Below, in pieces: positions 9,901-18,968 of a stretch of 64,000 nucleotides of DNA. A program made the translations under genes and the position numbers. The DNA is from Candidatus Pacearchaeota archaeon. GTDB taxonomy: Archaea; Nanobdellota; Nanobdellia; Pacearchaeales; JAHJTO01. The stretch spans positions 296,222-360,221 of the forward strand of contig JAWCMS010000001.1 of NCBI GenBank assembly GCA_038849525.1, read 5' to 3'. Within the stretch, counting starts at the first letter, position 1. Each line of letters begins with the position of its first letter. The notes below the pieces were generated by a model. It did not search any database. It had not been told where the DNA came from and was given only the letters and a program-made list of their open reading frames with translations.

Positions 9901-12900
9901 CATTTGCATAAACAATCCAAGTATTACTTCCTTCTGCTGATGTCATACCAGTAATATTTTGGCCGCAAATTACTGTTGTATTTGTTACGCCTAAATTTGT
10001 TGAATACCAGCATGCTTGGAGATTTATATCTGAGACAGTATAATTTAGTTCATTTACATTATAATTGTAGGATATATTTTGAGGATAAGTTATCTGAATA
10101 TGTGGGGCTATAGAATCTATAAAAAATGTTACATTAGTAAAATTTGTATTCCCAGATGTATCATTAGTATAAGCATAAAGAGTATTTGTACCTTCATTAA
10201 AAGTTATATAAGTTTCTGTGATGTAAGTTTGATTTGTTCCATTCCAGTTGAACCATATTTTATCTACGGCAACATTATCAGTTACAGAAATATTAACGAG
10301 CAATATCTTGTTATTATAATTTGTGTTTATAGGACTTATAATATAAATTTCTGGGTAAATATTGTCTACAGAAATATTTGCTGTATCATTTGTTGTTAGG
10401 GTTTGAAAGCCTGACGCTGAGCATGTGACATTCCAGTCAAATATTCCTGGCGAAGAAAAGCTTCTATTGTATTCATAATATGTCGATGTTGTATTGTAAG
10501 TCATTGTGTCTGTTAAATCAAAAAATCTGACTGTGCAGTTTGCTCCTGTTATTGGTTGGCCATTATTTTTTCTTGAATAATTAACAAAGAATTTTGTCTG
10601 CTGATTTTTGTATTTTATTTTATCAGCATAAGGCATTCCTGTATCTGTTTCGTCCCATATTATCATCTGGGAATTTCCTTGCGTGACATAAGAAGTAAAA
10701 TGTGTCACATTAAAACTTAAAATTCCATTAATATTGTCATAATAATTTATTATACACTCTGTTTCTGAACATATTTCATTATCTTTATAAATCAAAGGCT
10801 CTGCATCCCATGTCAGGTTTCTCATTATTATTGTTGCCGATGAATTAAATGAAGAATGCATATTTTCAGTTAAGATTGTAACATTGTTATTTTCAAGAAT
10901 AACATTTAATGTAAAGTTTTGTCCAATAGCATTAATGCAGTTATGCCATATAATCATATCTGTTAGAGGATTGTCTAAAATTGCAGTTGAATTGCAAACA
11001 TTACTCAAGTCAGGGACAGCTGACCAGTTTGTTGTGTTTCCACTAAATATGGCTGGATTGTAAGAAGGAACTGCCGAAACATTTACTGTGAAGTACCTTG
11101 TTAAGCTTGCGTTTGTGTTTGTTGAAATGTCTGTAGCGCTGCAGCTCCAATTGTAGTTTCCATTCACAAGATTTAATGAAAAGGATGTTTGATTGTTTAA
11201 TCCAGAGACAGAGTTTGTTTGATTTAATATGCCATTCAAAATTAAGGATATACTCGCAAGTCCCTTATCATCAGCAGCAGAACAATTAAATTCAACAAAA
11301 CCATCGCCATCAACGGCATTATTATTAGGCGATAATAATGTTACTGAAAAAGGAGGCTCATCTTCATTTACATTTACATAATAGGTTTCATATGATGTTG
11401 AGTAGTTTTGTGTTTCTATATAGATACAGGTTATATTAAATAAGCCTGCTGAGCTGAATGTTGTCAAGTTGCCTATAGGCGAATTTCCAGAATTAATTAA
11501 GCTTTCATTGTTGTAGAGAGCAAGCATTCCTAAAGAGGGGGTAATTAGTGAACAATTAATGTTAATAGTCATGCCTTGGTTTATTGTCATGTTGTCTTTT
11601 GTGCTATTTATGGTTAAATTAACTTGAGATGGTGCTTTGTTTATAAATAAATAATAAGTCAATCCAGTTTCATTGTCAGTATAATTTGCATTTCCTGTTG
11701 AATTAACTTTGTAAGCGTAGGTTCCTGCCGCCAAGCTAATATTTATTCCACTTTCATTAGTAACATCATTTCCGTTTCTGTAAAGTTTATGCATTCCTGA
11801 AAGCGAATAAGCTGTTGCGTTAACTTGCTGAGGATATGTTATTGAGATGTTTTGATTTAATAATCCATTTAATCTTAAATTTACAACATCATTTGCTTTT
11901 GAAATATTTGCAAATCTTGATAAAGTAAATGCAGTATAATTCTGATTTTCTGGAACATACAATGTGAAATTATAATATCCTACTTCAAGATTTTGATATT
12001 GGTTGTTAAGATTTGTTATATCTTCACCATTTCTGTATAAAATGGCCGTTGATGAATTTGTGAATGATGCGTTAACTTGAGATGGATAAATTAAGTTAAT
12101 GTCTCCTACTGTTCCATTCAGTAGTAATGTTCCAGTATTTGCTCCTTTAGTCACATTTGCGAAAAGAGTCTTAGACATGCTTGTATAATTTTGATTTCCA
12201 GTAATATTATAGTCGAATCTGTAATAACCTACTCCTAATGTGTAATTTGCTCCATTTGTTATTAAAGTCCCATCTCTGTAAATGGCTAAAGTTCCACCAA
12301 CATTTGTTGCAGATGCGTTGATTTGCTGAGGATATTGCACAGTTAGGTTTTGAGTCAAACCATTCAAGTAATAATTCAAGGTTGGTGTTGCTTGGTTTAT
12401 TGTAAATGTCCAAGATGCTGAGGAATTGCCTTGATTTGAAGTGTCATTAGCCCAGCTTTTCCAGTAAAAAGTTCCTGCAGGTAGTGTTGCATTATAATGA
12501 TAAACACCGTTTGTAGCTGTTCCAGAAATTATGTTCATAGTGTAATTTATTGTATTGCCTGAATAATTGCTTTCTAAATAGACTTTATCAATTCCTATAT
12601 CATCTTGCCAAGTTATATTAAATAAGCTGAAAGTTGTTGGGGAGTAGGTTGTCACAATGCTTGTTTGATTATTGCTCCAGTAAGGATTGTTATCATAAAT
12701 CGAGATCGGAATAATTACATTTGACTGAACATTATCTTCCCATTGGATATAAGCATTTGTTGTTCTTGTATCTGTTACATTCAAGCATATTTGCACACCT
12801 ACCCTTTCACCTGGATATATGGTAGTCAAACTTCCTGATGGCAAGTTATAATTCCATAAAACAGCGGTTCCGGGAGAGCTCCCATCAGCGCATACATCAG

Positions 12901-15900
12901 CTGCTGATTGAGAAGTTAAGGCTATGTCATATCTGTCAGTGGAATTTAATTTAAATATATACGCTAGCAGTCTTACATCAACAGAAGTTGTGCTTCCACA
13001 ATAACCATAGACAGTAAAATTCCATGTTCCATTTACCATTACTGGAACAGTCCAATTAGGAGAAGTCCAGTTAAAATCAAAACATCTAAAGCCTAGAGAA
13101 CTCACGGAAACTCCGGGAGATGTAACTATGGAAGTATCATTTGTTGTTAATTTCAACTGCTTGTAGTTAGTAAATTGAGAATCGGACTCATTATGCATAT
13201 AATATCTTGTATTATTAACAATCCATTCCTGAACTCCCTGGATTTGTAATACGATATTCCTTTCTTCACTCATTCCAGTATTTCCAAATTCATCGGAACA
13301 TATTATTTTCCATGTATAATTTCCATTGTAGAGAAGATTTTCACTGAATGTCTGGTTTGTGTTTTTAGTTATCGTTTCGTCTTGGAAGCTTATTGCATAA
13401 CCTCCATTATTAGCTGAAAGAATAAAGAAACAGTCTTTTATTCCAGAATCATCTGAAACATTATAAGTAAATGTAGGGCTTAAAGTGTTTAGTTCAATAT
13501 ATCCATTTGTAGGAGAAACTAAAGAGATGACAGGGTTAATGTCATCTTCAAGAGTCTTTGCTGTATTTGTTACATTAGTATTATTTATATTTCCTACATT
13601 GTCTTTTGTCCAAATTTTTATTGTATGCTCTGAATTTACTGATAATCCTGTTGCATTATAGTAATTATTTGAAGTGTTAGCGACATTAACATTGTCAATA
13701 AAAATAATATTCGAATTGAAATCAACATCAGCAGGATTTGTCCAGTTCCAGTAAATCCATGTATAACCTGAAGATTGATTATTAAGATTTGTTACTGAAG
13801 ATGGAGGGGTTGTGTCAGTACTGCCTGCTGGCGCGAATGCGGCTGCAACATGAACAAGCCTGTTTGCTGACTGACTCCATCCTATAGTTGTTAATCCTGC
13901 TGTTGAAACCTCCTTTGTCGAGCCTGCTCCTTGCGATGTTGAGTTCCCTGAATCCCATCTTTCTATCTGTCCTGAATTTGCTGTAAATCCTCCAAGATTT
14001 CCTGAAACAACAACATCGATAATCCAAGAATCAGATGTCAGGGTTGTTATGCTTGTGTTAATTGATGTGCAGCCTGTGCAGTATTTTGTTGTGTAGTTTT
14101 CAGGGGCCTGTTGTTTTGCGTTGTATATTGAAATTCCTCCTGCATTACTTTCAGTCACATTTCCTGCATAATTAACTTTAATGCTCGCTGTTCCGACTGG
14201 AGGGTTTAGCAGATACCATAAACTTGCGCATGCATCTGCTCCTGAATCGTCAAAATCATAGCCTGCAATTTTAGTTAATGAAATATTGTTATATGTGACA
14301 GAAGTTGCTCTGCAATTAGCTGCAGCACTGCCTGATGCTGATGATTCAGCTGTTGCCCCTACAATCAAAATTCTATTGCTATTGTTTCCTATAGTATGAG
14401 AAAAAGTAAGGTTTCCTGCTCCTTTTGCAGAGCTGCTTGAATCGAATTGTATTTTATCTTCACCGTATAATTCGTAAGTTATGTTTAGATAAGGTCTGTT
14501 TCCTGTGCTGTGATGATTTTCTCTGTCTTCTATATCAAGCCAAGGCCCTGGATCCCAGTTTCCAAATCCTAACGTTTCATAGTATAGATAATATGCAGTA
14601 TTGGCAGGATAATCTGCATCGCAAATCCTTACAGTTGAAAAATTATTTCCTAATGCTAAGTCTGTTGAAATTACATTTTTTATGTCTATACAACCCCATC
14701 CAGGTACGTTGATATCTGACCAAGTTTCTGATGTCGTTTCATTTGTTAAGGGCATTTCATTATATTCTTCAGGAGTTATAGATTCTGTCCATGTTTGATT
14801 ATCGACACGCCAGAAAATTGCGTCTGTGTCAAATGTTCCGTCTTTTTGTACAAAGTAAACACACATTAATGCACTTGTTATGCTTGCTGTTTTTGGTATT
14901 TTTGAGATATCCCATCTTATCTGCATTGATTCATTATCTTCCCAAGAACCAGCTATCGCTAAAATGTCAGCAACATTGTAGCTATAATTTAGCAGTTCTG
15001 AATAAGCAGGGTCTTCCAAAGTTAAAGTAAAAGTGTATTCTTGTCCAGGAGTTATATCCATTATCTTTATCCATTCCCCATAACAAACTTGTTGAGAAAA
15101 ATTCCAGTCTTTGCATTTATACAATTCAGAGCCTTGAGCAGTGACTGTTATATTTGCAAATGTAAATTTAGGCATTATTGTAGGGTCAATTGCATAAGAC
15201 TGTATGAAGCCTGAAATAGAAACATTTGTGTCAATATCAATTAAATTGTCTATTGAATCATTTATGTTAATTTCATTAATTATGATTTCTTTTATTTCAC
15301 CTTCTTCGGGCTTTATTTTTATATTATACTTTCCTTTTTGGACTTTTTCTCTTTTGGCTTTTCCTGAAATTTCTTTTTTTACTTCCTTGCTTACTGGCTT
15401 CTCGAATTCAATTGTAACATCTATCGGATTTCCATTAGCATCTTTAACTTCAGCATTAACATCATATTCAGGAATTTCTCCTATTCCTATAACTTGTGAA
15501 TGCTTTCCGATCTTTATTTCAAAATATTTTGAAGGATTCCAGTTGTTTATTGTCAATGAAATATTTTCGTTTGCGGAAGATTCATTTTTGCTTAAGAAAT
15601 AGTCCAAATAATCTTCGCTGATTATTGCTATCGGCTGGATTTCATTAGATTCGTGGTGGAATGATACATTGAGAATTCCAGACTCGTTGTCATAATTTAT
15701 TGAATCTATAACTGCATTTATTTTAGAGTCTTCTTCTATTATCTCATATTCTACTATAAAGTTTGTTTCTTCGGTGATATTTGTTATGTTAATTGTGGTC
15801 AAATTTTCTATTTGGATTATTTCTTCTGTAAGATTCTCTTTTATTATGTTTTCTTCAGGAATCTCCTCTTTTTTCAAAGTGTAAATTATTTTCTGAAGCT

Positions 15901-16597
15901 TTAGCTCTGTTCCAGAATCAGTTTCAATTATAATTTTGTATTTTGTTTCGTTTAATTCAACAGAACATGTTTCAATGCAGACATCATCAAATTTTATTTT
16001 TTCTTTTTCTTCTTCTGTAATGTTTTCTTCTGCAGTTGCATTTTCTTCAGGCTGTTCTGGCTGCTCTTTTTGAGCTTCTTCTGTAGGGGCTTCTGGAGTT
16101 TCTGAAACTTTTTCTGGTTGTGATTCTTCTTTTGTTTTCTTTTCATTTGCTTTTTCAGCTTCTTTGATTTCCTTTTCAGCTTCTTCCTGCTCTTCTTCTG
16201 TAGGAGCTATTGAAAGTCCTGTTAAGATACTTGCTAAACTTTCTCCTTGGCTGCTTTCATAAATTAATTTCTTTTCTTGAGAAGTTTCAATGTAAATTTT
16301 CGCATTTCCATTTCCTGATAATTCTCCTGATACTCTTAATGAAGTTATTGTTCCAGGGTTTTCTGGAGTCCATTGATATTCGATTGATTTGTCTGTCTTA
16401 ATGTTTAAAACATCAATAAAAGTGTCTTTGCTTGTAACATAGCCAGTTATGTAAGGCCTCATTAAAAAGAATAGTATTACTGTCAAAGCTAATGTAAAAC
16501 CGATTAGCAGAATGCTTTGAGGAATTTTTATTTTTTCTTTTTTTGTTAATTGCTCTGCTAAGTAAATTTCATTCTCTTTTTTTTGTTCTTCATTCAT
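6977..16597 (-). CDS. 3206-aa giant cell-surface protein: N-terminal TM anchor, DNRLRE-like, FN3-like and many Ig-like modules, HF-T motif module, TSP1-like module
   Basis: Uninterrupted 9.6-kb ORF; TM at about aa 28-47; IRWDISKIP..ASITSA; DTTPPSSVTNL FN3 start; repeated D..P.I.I.SP.N.TY units; dense N-x-S/T sequons; no C-terminal TM. Confidence 0.9.
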   Translation of the reverse strand: MNEEQKKENEIYLAEQLTKKEKIKIPQSILLIGFTLALTVILFFLMRPYITGYVTSKDTFIDVLNIKTDKSIEYQWTPENPGTITSLRVSGELSGNGNAKIYIETSQEKKLIYESSQGESLASILTGLSIAPTEEEQEEAEKEIKEAEKANEKKTKEESQPEKVSETPEAPTEEAQKEQPEQPEENATAEENITEEEKEKIKFDDVCIETCSVELNETKYKIIIETDSGTELKLQKIIYTLKKEEIPEENIIKENLTEEIIQIENLTTINITNITEETNFIVEYEIIEEDSKINAVIDSINYDNESGILNVSFHHESNEIQPIAIISEDYLDYFLSKNESSANENISLTINNWNPSKYFEIKIGKHSQVIGIGEIPEYDVNAEVKDANGNPIDVTIEFEKPVSKEVKKEISGKAKREKVQKGKYNIKIKPEEGEIKEIIINEININDSIDNLIDIDTNVSISGFIQSYAIDPTIMPKFTFANITVTAQGSELYKCKDWNFSQQVCYGEWIKIMDITPGQEYTFTLTLEDPAYSELLNYSYNVADILAIAGSWEDNESMQIRWDISKIPKTASITSALMCVYFVQKDGTFDTDAIFWRVDNQTWTESITPEEYNEMPLTNETTSETWSDINVPGWGCIDIKNVISTDLALGNNFSTVRICDADYPANTAYYLYYETLGFGNWDPGPWLDIEDRENHHSTGNRPYLNITYELYGEDKIQFDSSSSAKGAGNLTFSHTIGNNSNRILIVGATAESSASGSAAANCRATSVTYNNISLTKIAGYDFDDSGADACASLWYLLNPPVGTASIKVNYAGNVTESNAGGISIYNAKQQAPENYTTKYCTGCTSINTSITTLTSDSWIIDVVVSGNLGGFTANSGQIERWDSGNSTSQGAGSTKEVSTAGLTTIGWSQSANRLVHVAAAFAPAGSTDTTPPSSVTNLNNQSSGYTWIYWNWTNPADVDFNSNIIFIDNVNVANTSNNYYNATGLSVNSEHTIKIWTKDNVGNINNTNVTNTAKTLEDDINPVISLVSPTNGYIELNTLSPTFTYNVSDDSGIKDCFFILSANNGGYAISFQDETITKNTNQTFSENLLYNGNYTWKIICSDEFGNTGMSEERNIVLQIQGVQEWIVNNTRYYMHNESDSQFTNYKQLKLTTNDTSIVTSPGVSVSSLGFRCFDFNWTSPNWTVPVMVNGTWNFTVYGYCGSTTSVDVRLLAYIFKLNSTDRYDIALTSQSAADVCADGSSPGTAVLWNYNLPSGSLTTIYPGERVGVQICLNVTDTRTTNAYIQWEDNVQSNVIIPISIYDNNPYWSNNQTSIVTTYSPTTFSLFNITWQDDIGIDKVYLESNYSGNTINYTMNIISGTATNGVYHYNATLPAGTFYWKSWANDTSNQGNSSASWTFTINQATPTLNYYLNGLTQNLTVQYPQQINASATNVGGTLAIYRDGTLITNGANYTLGVGYYRFDYNITGNQNYTSMSKTLFANVTKGANTGTLLLNGTVGDINLIYPSQVNASFTNSSTAILYRNGEDITNLNNQYQNLEVGYYNFTLYVPENQNYTAFTLSRFANISKANDVVNLRLNGLLNQNISITYPQQVNATAYSLSGMHKLYRNGNDVTNESGINISLAAGTYAYKVNSTGNANYTDNETGLTYYLFINKAPSQVNLTINSTKDNMTINQGMTININCSLITPSLGMLALYNNESLINSGNSPIGNLTTFSSAGLFNITCIYIETQNYSTSYETYYVNVNEDEPPFSVTLLSPNNNAVDGDGFVEFNCSAADDKGLASISLILNGILNQTNSVSGLNNQTSFSLNLVNGNYNWSCSATDISTNTNASLTRYFTVNVSAVPSYNPAIFSGNTTNWSAVPDLSNVCNSTAILDNPLTDMIIWHNCINAIGQNFTLNVILENNNVTILTENMHSSFNSSATIIMRNLTWDAEPLIYKDNEICSETECIINYYDNINGILSFNVTHFTSYVTQGNSQMIIWDETDTGMPYADKIKYKNQQTKFFVNYSRKNNGQPITGANCTVRFFDLTDTMTYNTTSTYYEYNRSFSSPGIFDWNVTCSASGFQTLTTNDTANISVDNIYPEIYIISPINTNYNNKILLVNISVTDNVAVDKIWFNWNGTNQTYITETYITFNEGTNTLYAYTNDTSGNTNFTNVTFFIDSIAPHIQITYPQNISYNYNVNELNYTVSDINLQACWYSTNLGVTNTTVICGQNITGMTSAEGSNTWIVYANDSAGNLNYSSVTFFKDTIPPSILFISPINKTYNNNTILVNISSDGIYIWWNNGTTNLTYSEAINYYFADGSHTIKAYANDSVNNIANATVTFSVDTTVPSIDIISPSNLTYTNKILLVNISSSGEYTWFNWNGTNQTYITETYITFNEGTNTLYAFTNNSAGTINTAYVTFFIDSIAPYWTNNKTNANASTKYNDIVYFNITLNDANPGSYIFSYDNGTGFVNESGLWTNSNEITKTKTITATRGQTIRWYWWFNDSVGNYNQTDIWNTTIANTPPTISNVDIKPDNPITTDDLYCNYTYSDADNDPESETTFKWFKDYILQPSLTTKAISNTYTNDNEVWMCEVTPKDGYDFGNAVNSTTEIIGGSNPSIVSYSANSNSTSPKNVGEDITFTVDWIDLDQPNENISLYVCNTSTITAAGCSEKTFCSKINSSDDPISCNYTALESDNTTNVYYIAICDDSGLCSGTSSGIFEVNHRPSILTASITPLTAYINDVLTCSATYLDSDSDSVTSSYRWFKNSVWISGQTASTFNCSTLNCIKNDVITCEQTPTDEHNFSGNAVNTTRTISNSPPQFSGTIPDQSWYSNQNKTDVFNLYDYFSDVDRDLLTFASTGTVNITVSINSNGNVSFSKPSDWTGTEYVVFTANDSEDIAYSNNVTLTVLEYTQIKYDRKKCIPNWQCSEWSKCINNTQTRNCIDLNNCTTLDGKPAESQPCILYVEIFPAPQPITPLEGYATIGNEIVSLSAPKAMILPVLEKVNTVIILKNNLNRQLTNVDIKIETPKPDCMPQEIHQYPKIGWGISKVIGGISIKDKVDYKSITWNLQPLHYDKIMPGEELNIPIEMTTPAFKEKEQKIKIEIIENNTIILEYIMPIEITYDKFFVISKNKGSNLRDIFIGYDNENQDEKKVNIEFTINKDKNILAMDYLGPYTIAKNGKLFIAQKYELSNRLAKEKNLTLKLKLQEKSKTIAEASTLL
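9436..9520. repeat. 85-bp perfect direct repeat, copy 1, inside the giant gene
   Basis: Identical to 10171-10255; encodes WFNWNGTNQTYITETYITFNEGTNTLYA. Confidence 0.95.
10171..10255. repeat. 85-bp perfect direct repeat, copy 2
   Basis: Identical to 9436-9520 (735 bp apart). Confidence 0.95.
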
Positions 16598-16615
16598 TTT
16601 CTTGTAAAATGTATG

Positions 16616-18856
16616 TTATCTCATTAAACAGTAAATGACTGTTATTATAACGATTATTATAATAATATTCACTATATTCATTAATAACAATTTTAGCTTA
16701 GATTTGTTTATATCTTCCATATAACTTACATTTTTATTTATTGGAGTTTCATGATAATACTCATGAAGATGCGTGAGCATGTATGACTTAATAATCCGAG
16801 ATTTTATTTTGTATTCTATCTTTGTTATTATCATTAATACTCCTATAAATCCAACTAGGAGACATATCAATACTGATCCATATTTTGATTTTCCTTCTTT
16901 TTCATGAAATGACACATCTATAACTTTTCCTGATAGTCTTCCAATTCCACCTCTTTTTATGTGTGATCTCTCATAGTCTATCTCTAACTCACTTCGATTT
17001 TGGATATTATTATAATATAGAGTTTTTACACAACTTTTAATTTCAATGGGTTTATTTATTGTTGTTCCGCATCTGTTTAAATCAGTGCATACTCTTACTT
17101 GGATTCCTTCTATTGAGCATTCTGTCCATTCACTACACTGCCATTTTTCAATACATGATATCAATACTTGATAGGAGAGTGAGGTTGTATTCGTCATGTT
17201 TAAATCTTGATCAGTTTTTTTCCTTACTTTCCTACTTTCGCTACTGCTTTCGTTGTTGCAAGAACCACAATCGATCAAGCATGCCGAACATGTTTCATCT
17301 GTATTACAAATTCCATCTCCACAATAAGCATAAATACATGAAACATTTTGTCTTTCGAAAAATGTTTTATTAGAAACTTCTTCACAATTATTGGAATCGT
17401 ATTGAATCATATTTCTTTCTTGTATATAATAATCTCCTGTAAGACATGCAGTAATATTATACCATTCTGTCCATGATGTGTTTATTAAATTAGGAGTACA
17501 ATAATCGCACGCTTCTATTTGTCTGTATTCAATAAAGGTTGTGTTAGAAGCGCATCCGTAAGAGTCATATTGAGTAAGATTTCTTGATTGATTCATTTTA
17601 TCATTCGGAAGACAAGAGATATTTGTCCACTCGCTCCAAGAAGTGTTAAGGTAAGAAGGCCCTACTAACTGATATTCATAATAAGTCACATTCATGAATC
17701 CGCAGTTATTTGAATCATATTCAACTTTAAAGCGAGATTGGTTCATCTGATCTCTTGAGCATGTTAAATTCTGCCAGTCGCTCCATGTCGTGTTTATAAT
17801 ATTTGCAGTGCATGCATTTACTATGGCTGTTCTTAAATCAGAAGTGTAAATAATTTCATCGAGAATATCTGTCGCGTAAACTTTGTATGTGTAAGTTCCG
17901 CTTGTTAAATTTGTAACATTATAATACCAATTGCTTCCTGTGCTGTTTAACATTGTATAATTTGTATTACCTCCGTTCATCCATTCTAATTTTGCAGACA
18001 ATACGTTTCCATTAGTCAATGAAATATTCACATAAATAGAACTTCCATTAACAGTGCTTGCATCATTTGGAGTCGGGCTGACAAAAGTTATATTTAAAGG
18101 AATTGTATAATTTATTATAAGCTTAGGCCGTATTGTACTATTTGCGTTGTCGCTTGAAGCGAACTGTTTCAAATTATTTCCAGGCTTACTTGGAGGAATT
18201 AAAATCAAGCCGTAATTTGGATATGTTCCATTGTGCCATTCTTTTATTAAATTAGTAATATCCCATTCTTTCCATCCTAACGAAGTGTTTATTGTAGTTT
18301 TTGCGTAACTAGTGTTTGCGTAATCTCCTCCCGCAGAGCTCCATAAATTTATTCCATCTCTTGAATTCCACGTTGCTCCTGATTCTGTCCATGAATTTGT
18401 AATTCTTTTAAGCTCTAATTCGAATTCTGTTCCTGTGCCAGAAGTTTGATATAATGCTAATACAGCTGACTGAATATTTGCATTTGAAGGAATGCTTGAA
18501 ATGTTAAATTCCAAAATTCCTCTTTCTATTTTTGAAGATTCTGAATCAATATCGATAGTTGTAGATGAGCCGTAATTTGTATTTGCGGAATATGCCTTCA
18601 TATAACTATCTTTACCTTCGCTGCCTGGTTGTAGTGTTAAACTCAGCGCAGTTGTTAGTGGTATAATCAATAAAATTATTGAAAATAAATAGAAAAAAAT
18701 TAATATTTTCTCTTTTTCTTTTGTGTACTTTAAAAAATTTTTAATAAAAATCTCGATTTTTTTTGAAAGTACAATAGCATTTTTTTCACAATAATCTTGA
18801 AACTCTGAATATACTTTTGAATCTAAGCTGATAGTTACCTTTTTTTTATTATTCAT
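16616..18856 (-). CDS. RHH-like N-terminus fused to signal peptide, DNRLRE/CBM96-like domain, Ig-like domain, three WSxW TSP1-like repeats, Cys-rich modules and C-terminal TM helices
   Basis: KKKVTISLDSKVYSEFQDYCEKNAIVLSKKIEIFI (RHH pattern); ILIFFYLFSIILLIIPLTTA; KDSY..NTNYG..RGILEFNISSIP..WTESGATWN..WDIT..NYGL..RPKLII. Confidence 0.85.
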   Translation of the reverse strand: MNNKKKVTISLDSKVYSEFQDYCEKNAIVLSKKIEIFIKNFLKYTKEKEKILIFFYLFSIILLIIPLTTALSLTLQPGSEGKDSYMKAYSANTNYGSSTTIDIDSESSKIERGILEFNISSIPSNANIQSAVLALYQTSGTGTEFELELKRITNSWTESGATWNSRDGINLWSSAGGDYANTSYAKTTINTSLGWKEWDITNLIKEWHNGTYPNYGLILIPPSKPGNNLKQFASSDNANSTIRPKLIINYTIPLNITFVSPTPNDASTVNGSSIYVNISLTNGNVLSAKLEWMNGGNTNYTMLNSTGSNWYYNVTNLTSGTYTYKVYATDILDEIIYTSDLRTAIVNACTANIINTTWSDWQNLTCSRDQMNQSRFKVEYDSNNCGFMNVTYYEYQLVGPSYLNTSWSEWTNISCLPNDKMNQSRNLTQYDSYGCASNTTFIEYRQIEACDYCTPNLINTSWTEWYNITACLTGDYYIQERNMIQYDSNNCEEVSNKTFFERQNVSCIYAYCGDGICNTDETCSACLIDCGSCNNESSSESRKVRKKTDQDLNMTNTTSLSYQVLISCIEKWQCSEWTECSIEGIQVRVCTDLNRCGTTINKPIEIKSCVKTLYYNNIQNRSELEIDYERSHIKRGGIGRLSGKVIDVSFHEKEGKSKYGSVLICLLVGFIGVLMIITKIEYKIKSRIIKSYMLTHLHEYYHETPINKNVSYMEDINKSKLKLLLMNIVNIIIIIVIITVIYCLMR

Positions 18857-18878
18857 GATTTAGTTAAAACTTTTATTA

Positions 18879-18947
18879 TTTATAAATGTATTTATTTATA
18901 AGTCTTTATACTTATATATACTTCTTTATACTTATAAAATTTATAAA
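18879..18947. promoter_or_regulatory. Divergent promoter: TTTATAAA boxes at 18879-18886 (minus gene) and 18940-18947 (plus gene) enclosing a phased TATACTT repeat array
   Basis: Boxes lie at -30..-23 and -29..-22 from the respective ATGs; TATACTT at 18907, 18917 and 18927. Confidence 0.75.
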
Positions 18948-18968
18948 GCTAAAAAAACTAATTAGATT

